64,000 nucleotides of DNA from the human T2T-CHM13v2.0 reference genome, Homo sapiens. Shown here piece after piece: positions 32,104 through 47,483 of the stretch (position 1 is the first letter of the stretch; every line of letters begins with the position of its first letter). The stretch lies in NCBI RefSeq assembly GCF_009914755.1, contig NC_060928.1; one strand, given 5' to 3'. Under the pieces are notes generated by a model. The model saw nothing but the letters and a program-made list of their open reading frames with translations, did not search any database and was not told the origin of the DNA. The position numbers and the translations under genes are program-made.

Positions 32104-33334
32104 AAGCATCTGGGTAGTTTTCCATTGTTCTCTGTTATAAGTATTATTGCTATGAATGCCTTTTTAGAGTGGAGTTAATTTTTTTCTCTTTCTATCTTTC
32201 TCTCCTTTCCTCCTTTCCTATTCTACTGTTTCTTTTAGGATTACAGAAAGTGAGGTTGAGAAATCTTCCTTCCTCAGTTGGTCCAGGAAGGGAGTTTGTG
32301 TCCATATCTTTTCCACTATATAAGCCCTACCTAAAAACATCTACATTTTCTGTGACAAATTGAAGTTGGTTACCACGGCTGGACCCAAAGTAGTTAATCC
32401 ATGAATGTGTAGAGAAAGAACAAAGGATGTCAATGGGGAAGCTTGAAAGTGTTAAGCAAACACCTTCTTTCATAAAGGCTTTTGCAGGAGAAAAGAAAAT
32501 CCCCCTTCATTTTGAAGTCTAAGGAAGAGGATGTAGTAGCAAAATAGAAAACACATGCATGAATATGGATATAGTGTTCCACACAGCCCCAGTGACTCAA
32601 AGACAACAATGAAAAGATGATTATGGCTCCTATTACAAAGGTGATGAGCTGGATGTAATTAGGGATTAAATCTGAAATTCCCAGTACATACCCAGCGACT
32701 CAGGAACTTGACAAGCTGCCATCTCTCTGAGATCCCTGGAGGAGCAGTGTGGCCAGCTTACTGGGGGAGAGGCGTCTGGGGGACCTGCCCATAGCAAGCC
32801 ACTCATCGGAGTGCTAATGAGCAGAGGGTCCTCTATGAGTGGACTGGAGTGGTGGTGTCCGCTCACTTTCCCTTTATTGTGTGTGCATCAGCTGGCATCC
32901 TGGCAGGGTGGTGACTTGTCAGGAAGAAGACAAGTTGCTAGGTAACAAGGGAGGATGAGGGAAGCCCCCTCCGTCTTCCTCAGAGATAGAATACGAAGGG
33001 GCTCCAAGAAGGATTTGGATGTTAAAAAACAAAAACAAGTGCTACCCTAAGGAATAAAAGGGGACCTTTTTTTTTTTTTTTTTTTTTGGAACAGGCTGGT
33101 TGGTAGAGGGAAGAGAATTGCTGTGAGTTAGAGGTGGAAGGGGAGGAAAGCAAAAGAAGGCATATGGCCAGAAAGCAAAAGAGGGAAAAGTATGAAAAAG
33201 AGAGGAGGAAGACTGTGGGAAAGAAAATTTCTTCACCAGCTATGGAAATGGCCCCACTGCAGGATGGTGTACTAGAGTCTCCATTAACTAAAGGGAATTC
33301 AGGGAGTTAAGATTGTCTGTGCAAAAAAAATGCT

Positions 33335-33847
<513 letters not shown>

Positions 33848-33859
33848 TAAGGAGGGGGA

Positions 33860-34425
33860 CATCAAAGCAAAATTTTCTAATTAGTATTAGAAAAAAAATT
33901 ACTTGCCTGGAAAAGTTAAACACGCAAGGAAGTTTATCCGAAGTTATTGCAACAGGAGAGAGGGACTAGAACTCAGTGTGAACTCAATGCTGCTGATGCA
34001 GAGGGTGCAAAGTTTTTAAAGGCTTTTAAAGGCTAGTGAAACATGCCAGAGGATGTTGTGAAGAGGTCGTAGGCCATTTGTGTTTGCTAATAAACTTCTA
34101 TCTTTTGACAAGGGATGGTTTTATGACTTGGAGGAAGGTGTCCTGCTGAAGTTAGACTCCCACAAAAACTCTCCACAAAGACTGGGAGACAGGGGTGCCA
34201 TCTCCTTTGATGATTACATTTCAAAGGGAGGGCTCCCAGGTCCTTGAGAAAGACATTCCTGGATTGTAAAACTGGCAGGAGGCTTTTGAAGAGATTTACA
34301 TACATCTCAAAGGGGCAGAGAAAAAATGTACAATGACAAGAAATGCTCTAAAAAAAAAAGGGAGGTTAGGAAGAATCCTGCCTAAAGTTCAGTCAAGCTG
34401 AGGGAGCATGAAGGCCCTCTTGGTC
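33860..34425 (-). mobile_element. MER67-like ERV1 solo LTR
   Basis: Minus strand begins GACCAAGAGGGCC...CCCTCAGCTTGACTGAACTTTAG, like recalled MER67. Confidence 0.7.
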
Positions 34426-36295
34426 GGGGGACAAGGGGACCCTTGGCATAGTTAAGCAAATGTTGTCCTCTCTTTGCAAGAATCCTCCCGCTTCTTGTAA
34501 TCTAAATCCAGCACCTCACTGCATCTGACATAACTATACTGGAGGTGACAAGGATGAATGACACCTTATTCCAGAAGGAGATTTCTTCAGGGTGACAGAG
34601 AGGAGGGGGAAGGAGGGAGTGGTAGGAGTGGAGAAAACCAGTGAGTGTAGAACCTTCTCCCTCTCAGCTGCTGCTGGTTTCATTTCCCAAATGGGAAAAC
34701 AGAGCAGGATATGCAGACAAGGAGGGCAGCTTGGGTTTGACTTGCTCGAGTCTCTTGAAAGTTTTTCTGAAAAGCTGATAACATTTTCTTGGGACACAGA
34801 CAACTACAATTAAGATGAAAAGCCCGTCACTGCCCTGGCCAGCTTAAGCCCAATCTGTTGTGTTGCATGAACAGTTGTAACCCCCGCATGGCCCTGCTCC
34901 TGAGGGATTTGGCCCAGATGAATTGCCCTCAAACAGTAGGACTTTGGCCTTACTTGAAGGCTTCATTTTTCCAACTGCAGAGCTGTTGGGGGCATGGCCA
35001 CCATTGCATTTGATATAAGAATTCCTGCTAGAAGAATTCCTGCTCTTTCCATATCTGTTGTCTGCCATGGTTGTGCCTCTTCCACATAGTTGGTGACTGA
35101 GTATTCACCACTGATCAGGGTTGAGTATTCCAAAGGACAAACAGGCATTTGCTTAGTGATCTTTTGGATCACCTGCCCCCCACTTTTGGGGGGCAGGAGG
35201 AGACTTTTTCTTGGAATGGTAAGGAGGTACCTGTTCCAGAAAACCCAGCCAAGGGGGTTGGCATGGGGCCATTGGCTAATGTGCTGTGAGGCTGTGCAGC
35301 TCCTGCGGCCCAGTCCTGGTACCACACACACTTCCAGCACCTCTGCTTAGCCGACCTGCCTCCCGTCCAGCACAGGGGTGAGGTTACCACGGCTACAGGG
35401 CTCTGATGCCTAAAATTGGCTTGTCTGAGTGCCAATATCTGCTGCAGCCCATCAGGTAGGTATATGAGATGCTACTGAGTCAACCCAATGGTGATATTTA
35501 ATAAATAAAAAAGCTATGAAAATGGCCATCATTATCACTTTATTTTGTAATCATTTGCTTATGTGTTTCCCTAGATTATGGGTTTCTCATAGGAGAGCTG
35601 AAGTCTACTCAATGAATGTCTGTGTGGTATATGAAAAAATGGTCACCATCACTAATCTTCAAGGAAATGCAAATCAAAACCAAAATGAGATATTACTCAC
35701 TCCAGTTAAAGTGGCTATTATCAAAAAGACAAAATATAACAGAGCTGGTGAGGATGTGGAGAAAGGGGAACACTCCTTGTACACTGTTGGTGAGAATGTG
35801 AATTAGTACAACCACTATGGAGAACAGTATGGAGATTCCTCAAAACACTGAAAATAGAACTACCAGATGATCCAGCAATCCCACTGCTGGGTATATACCC
35901 AAAAGAAAGGAAATCAGTATATTGAAGAGATAGCTGCACTCCCCTGTTTATTGCACCACTATTCACAATAGACAGGATATGAAATCAACCTAAGTGTACA
36001 TCAATGGATAAATGGATAAAGAAAACGTGATATAGATACACAATGGAATATTATTCAGCCATAAAAAGAATGAGATCCTGCCATTTGCAGCACCATGGAT
36101 GAGCTTGGAGCACATTATAAGTAAAATAAGCCAGGCACAGAAAGATAAATATTGCATGCTCTTAGTCACTTATGGGAGCTTAAAAAGTTGATCTTAAGGA
36201 GGTGGAGAGAAGAATTATAATTACTAGAGTCTGAGAAGGGTACGGGGCTGATGGGAATGAAGAGAGTTTGGTAGCTTTGTTAATGGCTACAGTTA

Positions 36296-36422
36296 GGCCA
36301 GGCGCAGTGGCTCATGCCTGTGATCCTATCACTTTGGGAGGCTGAGGCTAGAGGAGTGCTTAAGTTCAGGAGTTTGAGACCAGCCTGGGCAATGCAGTGA
36401 GACTCTGTCTCTATTAAAAAAC
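36296..36422 (+). mobile_element. FLAM / Alu left monomer
   Basis: GGCCAGGCGCAGTGG...CAGCCTGGGCAA. Confidence 0.88.
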
Positions 36423-36462
36423 AAAGGCCCCAAAATATGGTTAGATAGGATAAGTTCTAGTT

Positions 36463-36810
<348 letters not shown>

Positions 36811-38574
36811 TTATTGTATATTTCAAAATAACGAGAAGAGAGAATTTGAAATGTTCTCCATACAAAGAAATGCTAAGTGTTTGAGGTGATGGATATTCCA
36901 GTTACCCTGATGTAATCGTTACACATTGTAAGTATGTATCAAAATATGACATGTACTCCATAAATATGTACAATTTTGTCTCAATAAAAAACTTCTACAA
37001 ATGTTTAAAAAAAATGCTTGTGTCAATATATGAGCAAAAGAATTAATGAAATGCCCCAGAATGCTTTTTTTTTTTTAGGAGTACACCTAAAAATATTACT
37101 AAGCTTGACACAAAAAGCTGTGCCTCCTTCATTGCACTTAGGAGTTTGAGAATCACTGCTGGAAGAACTATCATAAAGTGGACAATCTTAGTAATACGTA
37201 AGGGTATTAATTTAGTAATAAGTTAAATTAACCAGAGAACATATTCTAGTACATGGTAACACTTTTTGGTTGAACTTCTAACCGACGAATACAGGACAAA
37301 AGCTCATTTGTGACAAATATTTGCAAAATGGCCAAACCAACATTTTAGGGTGTGAATTAGAGTTAAAAGATTAATTCAATTGCACTATAAATAATTCACC
37401 AAAGGGGCTATTTAAAGAGGGCTTACTGTGGGCTTGGCACGCACCTGGACAGACACAGAAATGCTAAGACCACGTTGGCCTCCCACAGGCTTCTGCAAGC
37501 AGGATGGCTTCATGATGACCAAGAGCCCAAGAAGCCTGAAATTGGCCACACGAAAATAACGTTTCGAGGGCATACAGTTTTAAAATGTCCATTTAAAAGA
37601 CACTATTTTTTAAATTAAAACGAAACAAAAACAACATTAAATTATTCCCATTTTAAACTGTTTGCCTTGTAGAATAAAATGATTTTCCTTATGATATAAA
37701 CTCTGAACACATCAAAGCCAAATAATAATCTGAAGAAACTGGTTTCAGCCATAAGAAGAAAAGGCTGGAAACAAACCAAGCTACATCCCTCCTAAGTGTC
37801 TTTATTCCAGCTAATTCTGAGGAGCAATCGGGATGCTCTTGAAAGCATTTGCATTGCAAAGTAGGCTGGAAATTGGCCTTGTTTAAACAAGCACTCCCTG
37901 TAAGTGCTGCCCACCCTTACCCCCGCTTGGCAGCAGCAACCTGTCCATATGAGAAGCAGCCACGTGAGCCATTGCTGCTGAAAAGAAACCTTTGAGCTGC
38001 TCAACTGTTTAACTAATTAATGCCTTGCTCCCCTAAGGTTAGAAAGAAAAGGAGGAGGAAGAATTTGTGGGTGATACACCACTTTGGGTCCATAATATAC
38101 TTTCAAAGACGAATGCAAGGTGTACTCACTGGGTACTGTTCAAATCTCTTGTGGAATCTTCACTAATCCCTGGCGTTCGGCGGATCACAGCGAGGCCTCT
38201 GGCTGCAGAGCCGATCTCAATGGGTCGATAGCAACAGGAAAGACTCTAAAGCTTCTTTTGATCCTAGCATAAATCAGAAGAAAAAAAAATCCACGAGTCC
38301 CACCACGGAACATTAGCCGTCTAAGCAGGGATATTTTAAAACTAAGCAACCTCTGAGGCTGACCAGCAGCCAAGAAGCCCAGGGAGTGGAGGACAGCAAA
38401 TAGGGATGGGGAGGGAGGGTGAGGCCGGTGGGAGCCGGTGTCCTGTGCTGTGACAGATTGACATGTGTCACATACTCCCCTTCTCCCTTTCTCTCTCAAG
38501 TTATGCCATTAGAGCCAGACCTACCCAAAATTGTGAAGAAAAGTACAAAGTACAAGTTCCCTCCTTTATTATTA

Positions 38575-38767
38575 TCATTATATTTTTTTTACTGCTCTTT
38601 TTAATTTTTATTTTATTTTATTATTATTATACTTTAAGTTTTAGGGTACATGTGCACAATGTGCAGGTTAGTTACATATGTATACATGTGCCATGCTGGT
38701 GTGCTGCACCCATTAACTCGTCATTTAGCATTAGGTATATCTCCTAAAGCTATCCCTCCCCCCTCCT
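38575..38767 (-). mobile_element. 5'-truncated young L1 (L1PA3-like) 3' end
   Basis: Minus strand TAATGCTAAATGACGAGTTAATGG (GAG, not the L1HS-Ta ACA); 15-bp TSD CCTCCTTTATTATTA. Confidence 0.92.
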
Positions 38768-38782
38768 CCTCCTTTATTATTA

Positions 38783-39020
38783 CAGTTGACCCCTGCACTG
38801 TACAGTTCAACACGGGTTTGAACTTCAAGGGTCCACTTATACTTGGATTTTTTTTTTCAACCAAAGCTAATCGATAATACAGTATTCCCAGGATGCAAAA
38901 CCTGAGGACTGGCTTTTCACATGGGTTCTGTAGGACTTGAGTATGGACTTGAGTATGTTCGGATTTTGATATCTGTGGGGGTCCTGGAACCAATACCCTG
39001 TATATAACCAAGGATGACTG
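38783..39020. mobile_element. MER8-like Tigger MITE
   Basis: TA|CAGTTGACCC...GGATGACTG|TA; GGGTCCTGGAACCAAT. Confidence 0.8.
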
Positions 39021-39060
39021 TAGGTTTGTTTGTTTGTTTGTTTGTTTTTCTTAACCATCC

Positions 39061-39442
39061 TATGTTAGTCTACTCAGGCTGCCATAACAAAATACCACAG
39101 ACTGGGTGGCTTAAATAGCAGAACTTTATTTTCTCACAGTTCTGGAGGCTGGAAATCCAGGGTCAAGGTGCCAGCAGGCCTCTCTTCCTGGCTTGCGGCT
39201 AGCTGCCTTCTTGCCATGTCCTCACATGGCCTTTCCTTTTGGTGTCTCTTCCTCTTCTTATAAAGACACCAGTCCTATTGGAGGAGGGCCCTCCTCTTCT
39301 GGCCTTATTTAATCTCAAGTGATCCTCGAAGCTTCTTTAAGGAAATCACTTCCTAAAAGGCCTTAACTCCAAACACAGTCACAGTGGTGATTAGGGCTTC
39401 AACATAGGGTTTTTGGGAAGGACACAGTCTAGTCCATAGCAT
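39061..39442 (-). mobile_element. MLT1A0-like LTR
   Basis: GGCTGCCATAACAAAATACCACAGACTGGGTGGCTTAAA. Confidence 0.85.
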
Positions 39443-40377
39443 ACCTCCCTGCTTTTCTTTCCATGTTTGCACGCCTGTCCCTTTTACTTGTCTCTCCAGT
39501 TACACTAAGCTTAACTCAGGAAATGGTCTGACATGGCCCAATGCACTTGAGGAATGGAGAGCTGGATGCTGGAAGGGACCCTTTATTAGGATCTTCTCTA
39601 GGAGATAGGATGAGTGTGAAAAAACCAGACTTCAGAGGAGAGTGTGGATCATGCCATGGAGTGTTATGGCTGAAACTAAGTGGTTACTATGCTGTCTTTC
39701 TCCTTTTCACACTCAACTTCTAGGAAAACAAAAGCCATGCTGATTTCTCCATTTTCTCACTCCCATTCATTCTCCAACCTAGCCTGGCTTCCATGATGAT
39801 TCTGAAACATTTTTCAATGGAATGGCTAAAATCTGCCTAGTTAAGTATCTCCTTGTGTTACACCCTATGCACACTTCTTTCATTTATTTAAGTATGCATT
39901 CAACTGAGCATTGCATGTAGCCACAGCCCAGTTTCTTCAAGTTTGCCATGTCTGAGGACTTGTAGACCAATGGATCTTCAGTTTTTGGATCATCTTTTAA
40001 CTAGACTAGGTTGTGGGATTGTATGTAATATTTCTCTCCTTTTATACTTGAATTACAAAAGTGCTTTTCAGATTTCCGACACTGTCACCTACATGATGTC
40101 ATTTTGTCTTGAGTAACAGCAACATTATGAAGTTCTTTATCAAAATAATTCTATGATTATTGCAATTATGCGTTTCTGAGAAGGAGCAGAATTCATCATA
40201 AAGACTGATGACTCTTTTCTTTGGGAAATACCTTGAAAAGACTTTTAAAAATAAGAATGAGATGCCACAGGGGCAGGGATTGTGAAAAGAGGACTGCATG
40301 CTGCATGTACATTCACTGTACATGAATTTAAGAGTATTTCCCTATAGGCTTGCAAGAGGGGGCCAGAGGATCATATA

Positions 40378-40942
40378 TATTATAGGAACACCAGGTTTGA
40401 TTTCCCATTGTGCAGTAATAGATCAATACACCAAAACAGAAGGAGTTGCAACAGAGAAAGGGTTTAATAATGGTAGGGCAGCCAAATGAGAGACAAGAGG
40501 AAACCTCAAATCCACCTCCCTGAGAGGATTGGGGATGAGGTTTTTAAGGGCTCTGTATGGGCAAATGGCTAAAGTGTGGGGATTGTTGATTGGTCCAGAA
40601 GTGAGGAGTGAAGTCATGGGACAGGGAGATGAAGAAACAACATTCCTGTGCTGAGTGAGTTTCTTGGTGGAGGTCTTTAAACCGATTGGTGGCAGCCGTT
40701 CTGCAGGAATTCAGGTTCTGAAAAACACTTTAAGCAGTTCTTGGGTAAAAAGGTCAAATGTCACAGATTCCATCGATAGGAACAATAGAGGAGCTGGTGG
40801 TCAGCCTGCTCTGTGACTCTCGGTTAGTTAGTTGGTGCAGGGAAGTGGGTCAAACTGCACCTGTGCACCCTGGTCAATGCCTAACTAAAATTCTGCCTAA
40901 AGCATGGCTTGTCATTCTTGTTAACCTGTGAGGGTGGTTTCA
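40378..40942 (-). mobile_element. ERV1 solo LTR (LTR26-like)
   Basis: Minus strand begins TGAAACCACCCTCACAGGTTAACAAGAAT. Confidence 0.65.
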
Positions 40943-41379
40943 GATGCCCTGGACAGGAGGAAACGTAAAGAATCTCTAGAGAGGGAAGTGACCTGAACAA
41001 AACTGGCAGAGGTGGAGATTTAAGGGGAAAATGGTCCTTGAGAAATTCCTCTCAAGGACTTTAGGACATTATGCATAATGTTTAGCTTTAAATTATTTCT
41101 AGCTTCGTGCTTTGCTGTGGTCTTTTACCTGTAAACATTTGATGAATGTCTATTATACATAACAGCTATGTGCTACTGGAGCTTGTGGAATACAAGGAAC
41201 AGCCATGGCCATGTATGGAGGGTAACGGTTGAGAGAGAACAGCAGATAGAAAAGAGAAGAGAACAAGCTGGGCCCCATTCTCTAGGGTTTAAGTGAGAGA
41301 TGAGAGACCCAAGTTTTTTAGAAATCTTAGGGTTGCACTGGTTCAATATCTCCATAAAGAATCCATTCAACACTTTGGC

Positions 41380-41850
41380 CTCTCAGCTTCTTCATCTCAT
41401 TTCCCTGAACCTAGCCTCCAATCCTTCTAGCCACTCACTCCCATGGTCATACTATATGTCTTATCATTACTAATTGTTGCATTCTTCCAAAATTTTGCTT
41501 TCAAGCATCCTAAAATGCCTGATTACCCTTTTGGATTTTCCCTGCTCACTTGTTGCAGCACCCCTGCTCTAACAATGATCACCCACACATGGATTTTTAA
41601 GCCTCTGATGGTCTCATCTTCACATTGCCATTCAGCTTTCGTAACTTCACTTCTCTCCTAACTTGGCCAAAAGCCATCCTTCACCTTCAACTTCCCCCAT
41701 TCCTTCAAATTTTCCAGCCAAACTCTAGCCCTAGTTCACCCAAATCTGCCTACTCTGTGTCTGCCCCTGAAGAAGAACTGAATGCCACTGGGAAAAGTCA
41801 CATGCCATCTTAATGGGTCTCACTTTAAATTTATGAACTCAAATTTCAAG
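41380..41850 (+). mobile_element. L2 fragment
   Basis: Pyrimidine-rich L2-like sequence, TCTCACTTTAAATTTATGA. Confidence 0.5.
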
Positions 41851-41855
41851 TGGGC

Positions 41856-41952
41856 TGTGTCAGCCTGGGTCCAGCCAGGCAAAAAGAAACTACTTTAAGT
41901 GTTTCAAACAGTGGGAATGTAATGCAGGGAACTGGTTATGTAAGCGATGGAT
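41856..41952 (-). mobile_element. LTR33-like ERVL LTR, left piece
   Basis: TGTGTCAGCCTGGGTCCAG...TTTCAAACAG...AATGCAGGGAACTGGTTA; joins to 48643. Confidence 0.7.
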
Positions 41953-42803
41953 TGTTGCAGCAAGTCAGGGACCACGAATGGAGGGACCAGCTGGAGCTGC
42001 GGCAGAAGAACATAAATTGTAAAGATTTCATTTTAATATGGACATATATCAGTTCCCAAAAGTAATATTTTTATAATTTCTTATGTCTGTCTTTACTGCA
42101 ATCTCTGAATATAAATTGTGACAATTTCATGGACATTTATCAGTTCCCAAATAATACTCTTATAATTTCTTACACCTGTCTTACTTTAATCTCTTAATCC
42201 TGTTATCTTTGTTAGCTGAGGATGTACGTCACCTCAGGACCACTGTAATTGTTTCTAACTGTACAAATTGATTGTAAAACGTGTGTTTGAACAATATGAA
42301 ATCAGTGCACCTTGAAAAAGAACAGAATAACAGTGATTTTAGGGAACAGGTGGAAAAGATTCCACTCTGGTAAATTTGAGTTCAGACCAGTTCTCTGCTC
42401 TCGAACCCTGTTTTCTGTTGTTTAAGATGTTTATCAAGACAATACATGCACAGCTGAACATAGACCCTTATCAGGAGTTTTTGATTTTGCCCTTTGCCTT
42501 GTGATCTTTGTGATCATGCCTCAGAAGCATGTGATCTTGTTCTCCTTTTTGCCCTTTGAAGCATGTGATCTTGTGACCTATTCTCTGTTTTACACCCCCT
42601 CCCCTTTTGAAATCCTCAATAAAAACCTGCCGGTTTTGTGGCTCAGGTGGACATCACGGTCCTACCGATATGTGATTCAGCCCCGGAGGCCCAGCTGTAA
42701 AATTCCTCTCTTTGTACTCTTTCTTTTTATTTCTCAGCCAGCCAACACTTATGGAAAATAGAAAGAACCTATGCTGAAATATTGGGAGCCGGTTCCCCCG
42801 GTA
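41953..42803 (+). repeat. 5' LTR (MER11), 851 bp with internal deletion
   Basis: TGTTGCAGCAAGTCAGGGAC...GGTTCCCCCGGTA; aligns with 47484-48636. Confidence 0.95.
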
Positions 42804-42805
42804 TC

Positions 42806-42823
42806 TGGTGCGCCAACATGGTT
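42806..42823 (+). promoter_or_regulatory. Primer-binding site, tRNA-Lys type (degenerate)
   Basis: TGGTGCGCCAACATGG versus canonical TGGCGCCCAACGTGG, 2 nt after the LTR. Confidence 0.8.
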
Positions 42824-42959
42824 TTCTTTCTCCTAAGTGCATGTGGGAACCCGATTCCCTTTGGTAGGTGCAGTGAAACGTTCATCCGTCCGGTCCACAG
42901 AAACGCTTGTTCGGCTCCCTGACGATTGCTGAGTTGTCTGTGTATTGTCCGGGGTAACT

Positions 42960-44580
42960 ATGGGTCACGCGGAGTCTAAACGTTATGCTTATCTCTGCTA
43001 TATTAAACTCCTGTTAAAACAGGGGAGAGTTTGAGTGCCCGTGGAAAATATGGTCACTCTATTCAGGGCAGTGGAAGAACACTGTCCTTGGTTTCCTGAA
43101 AAGGGAACGTTAGATGTGAAACTATGGGATTGTGTTGCTGCAAAATTCCGGGAACTGGTCCCAACAGGGAATTATGCTCCCGTCACTGTTTGGGGTGATT
43201 GGGCCTTGGTACGTGCCATCCTAATGACATACCAATCCTGTGACCCCCTGCAGTTACCACAATTTTCGGAATCCGGCAACCCTCTACCTCTTCCTCAGCT
43301 TTCCTCTCCCACTCGGCCTTTGTTATCTGCTCAGCCTCTCCCTTCGCCTACTCCTCCCCCACCTGAAGATGGTGAGAATTCAATATCTAACTCCGGTGAC
43401 TTTGGCTTAACCTCACCCCCTGATGATCTTATTTCTTTCCATGAAGAGCCGATACTTGTAGCTCCCGAGGCCCGGACTCGGACAGCCCAGGATCATAACT
43501 ATGCTAATTTTTCCCTCTTCAAAGCTTTGCAGCCTTTGGCTCCAGAGCCATCTAATGGCCCCAGGACCAAACTACAATTTACCTGTAATTCTGCAGGCCT
43601 TCCCCCATCCACCGCAGCCCCTCATCCTCCTGTCATTTCGGTCCCTCAACCGGTCACTTTGCCATCCACTCAACCTGCTTCTCTGTACCCTTCTTCATGC
43701 ATGGATGCCCCTGCCATTCTTGTTGCACAGGATTGCGCCAATAACCACCAGTATGCTTTTACCTCTTCTGCTCCCCCAATGCCCCTTCTCACACTCTCAT
43801 ACCAGTCCGACATCCTCAACTTCAGTTTCTCTTATCTACACATACTTTTCCTGTCACTTCTATGCCGACTCCATCTCACGTGCCTGCTCTTGAAACTTCC
43901 ATGCAACGCTTATTACGCCAAAACAAAGAAGCAAGTAGATTAGATGCGTGGGCTTATCCAGTTGCGCTGGAACCTCCAAATGCTCAAGGGGTAGGAGTGC
44001 GTCGATATGCGCCACTCAATCTTACCTTTTTAAAAGAATTCAAGGATGCTTGTACTCAGTATGGTCCTACTTCTCCATATGTTAAAATGGTATTACAGAC
44101 TCTTTGTACTGAGGTCATTTTGCTTCCTTTAGACTGGGATCTTTTGGCAAAAGCTGTTCTAAGTCCATCTCAGCATTTACAATTCCGTACCAGGCAGTCA
44201 GAGGAGTCCCCTTTGCAGACTCAGCTAAATCGGGCTGATGGCATTCTAATAACTCAGGCTCAGCTCACAGGCCCTGATAATTACTCTGATACTACTGCCC
44301 AACTAGGCTTTGATGCTCTCACCACGGAACAAGTAACAAAGTGTGTATGAGAGCTTGAGATAAATTACGTGCCCCAGGCCAAGCTCCTGTTTCTTTTACT
44401 ACTGTTAAACAGGGTCACAATGAATTATATCCTTATTTTTTGGTCAAATTACAAGATGCTGTTCAAAAACCTGTCTCTGATGAGCGCGCTCAAGGTATTC
44501 TCCTTCGTACGTTAGCTTTTGAGAATGCGAATCATGAGCATAAAATGGCCATGTGTTCTGTCCAATGACAAAATTTACCT
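42960..44580 (+). pseudogene. gag: Betaretrovirus-like gag (MA to CA), disrupted and 3'-truncated
   Basis: MGHAESK start; CPWFPEKGTL (MA); KEFKDACTQYGPTSPY (CA); MHR VKQGHNELYPYFLVKL; stops at 43032, 44566 and frameshifts. Confidence 0.92.
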
Positions 44581-44830
44581 CAATTACATTTAGCATTGTT
44601 TACTTTCAACTTTCTAAATGTTCCTGAAGACAATACTCTGACTGCAGCTGAATGCCATTATACAGGCAAAAAATTCTCCCTAAATGAAGGCAAGCCAGTG
44701 TTATGGAAAAACTCCTAAACCAATACCTGGAAACCTGGAACAATTATAACGTGGGAAAGAGGGTATGCTTGCGTTTCACCAGGAGATCATCAATCCCCTG
44801 TATGGGTGCCCACTAGAAGACTTACACTTC
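44581..44830 (+). pseudogene. pol: pol remnant: integrase C-terminus only
   Basis: QLHLALFTFNFLN...[24 protein letters not shown] matches the HML integrase end; TAA at 44716. Confidence 0.9.
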
Positions 44831-45099
44831 GTGTGAATACTGACAAAGAAAACCACAGGGAAAAGACGTCCGTGTCAGAGACTGCCCTGATATGTGGTGA
44901 GATCTGTGCTGACTCCTCAGAAACTGGCACACCAAATCAAAATGGGTCTGGTTCAATCCTCCCTAATGGCAACGGAGACCCCCTAACTAATCCCACTTCT
45001 CCTAATTACCTTTCTTTTTCTCCTTACAAACCTAAAAATCTCAACCTTTCTATTAGCCTGAAAATAACATCTCTCTGTTCTTCTCTTCCTCCTTCAGCA

Positions 45100-47480
<2,381 letters not shown>

Positions 47481-47483
47481 AGA

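Noticed and set aside
34534-35435. Cluster of short ORFs in a GC-richer stretch
   Set aside because: No homology I can recognise; consistent with chance ORFs
42009-42190. ~90-100-bp tandem duplication within each MER11 LTR
   Set aside because: Present in both LTRs and a known feature of MER11 consensus
43035-43943. 302-aa gag ORF as a functional CDS
   Set aside because: Separated from the true ATG by TGA at 43032, frameshifted before capsid, no NC; treated as pseudogene
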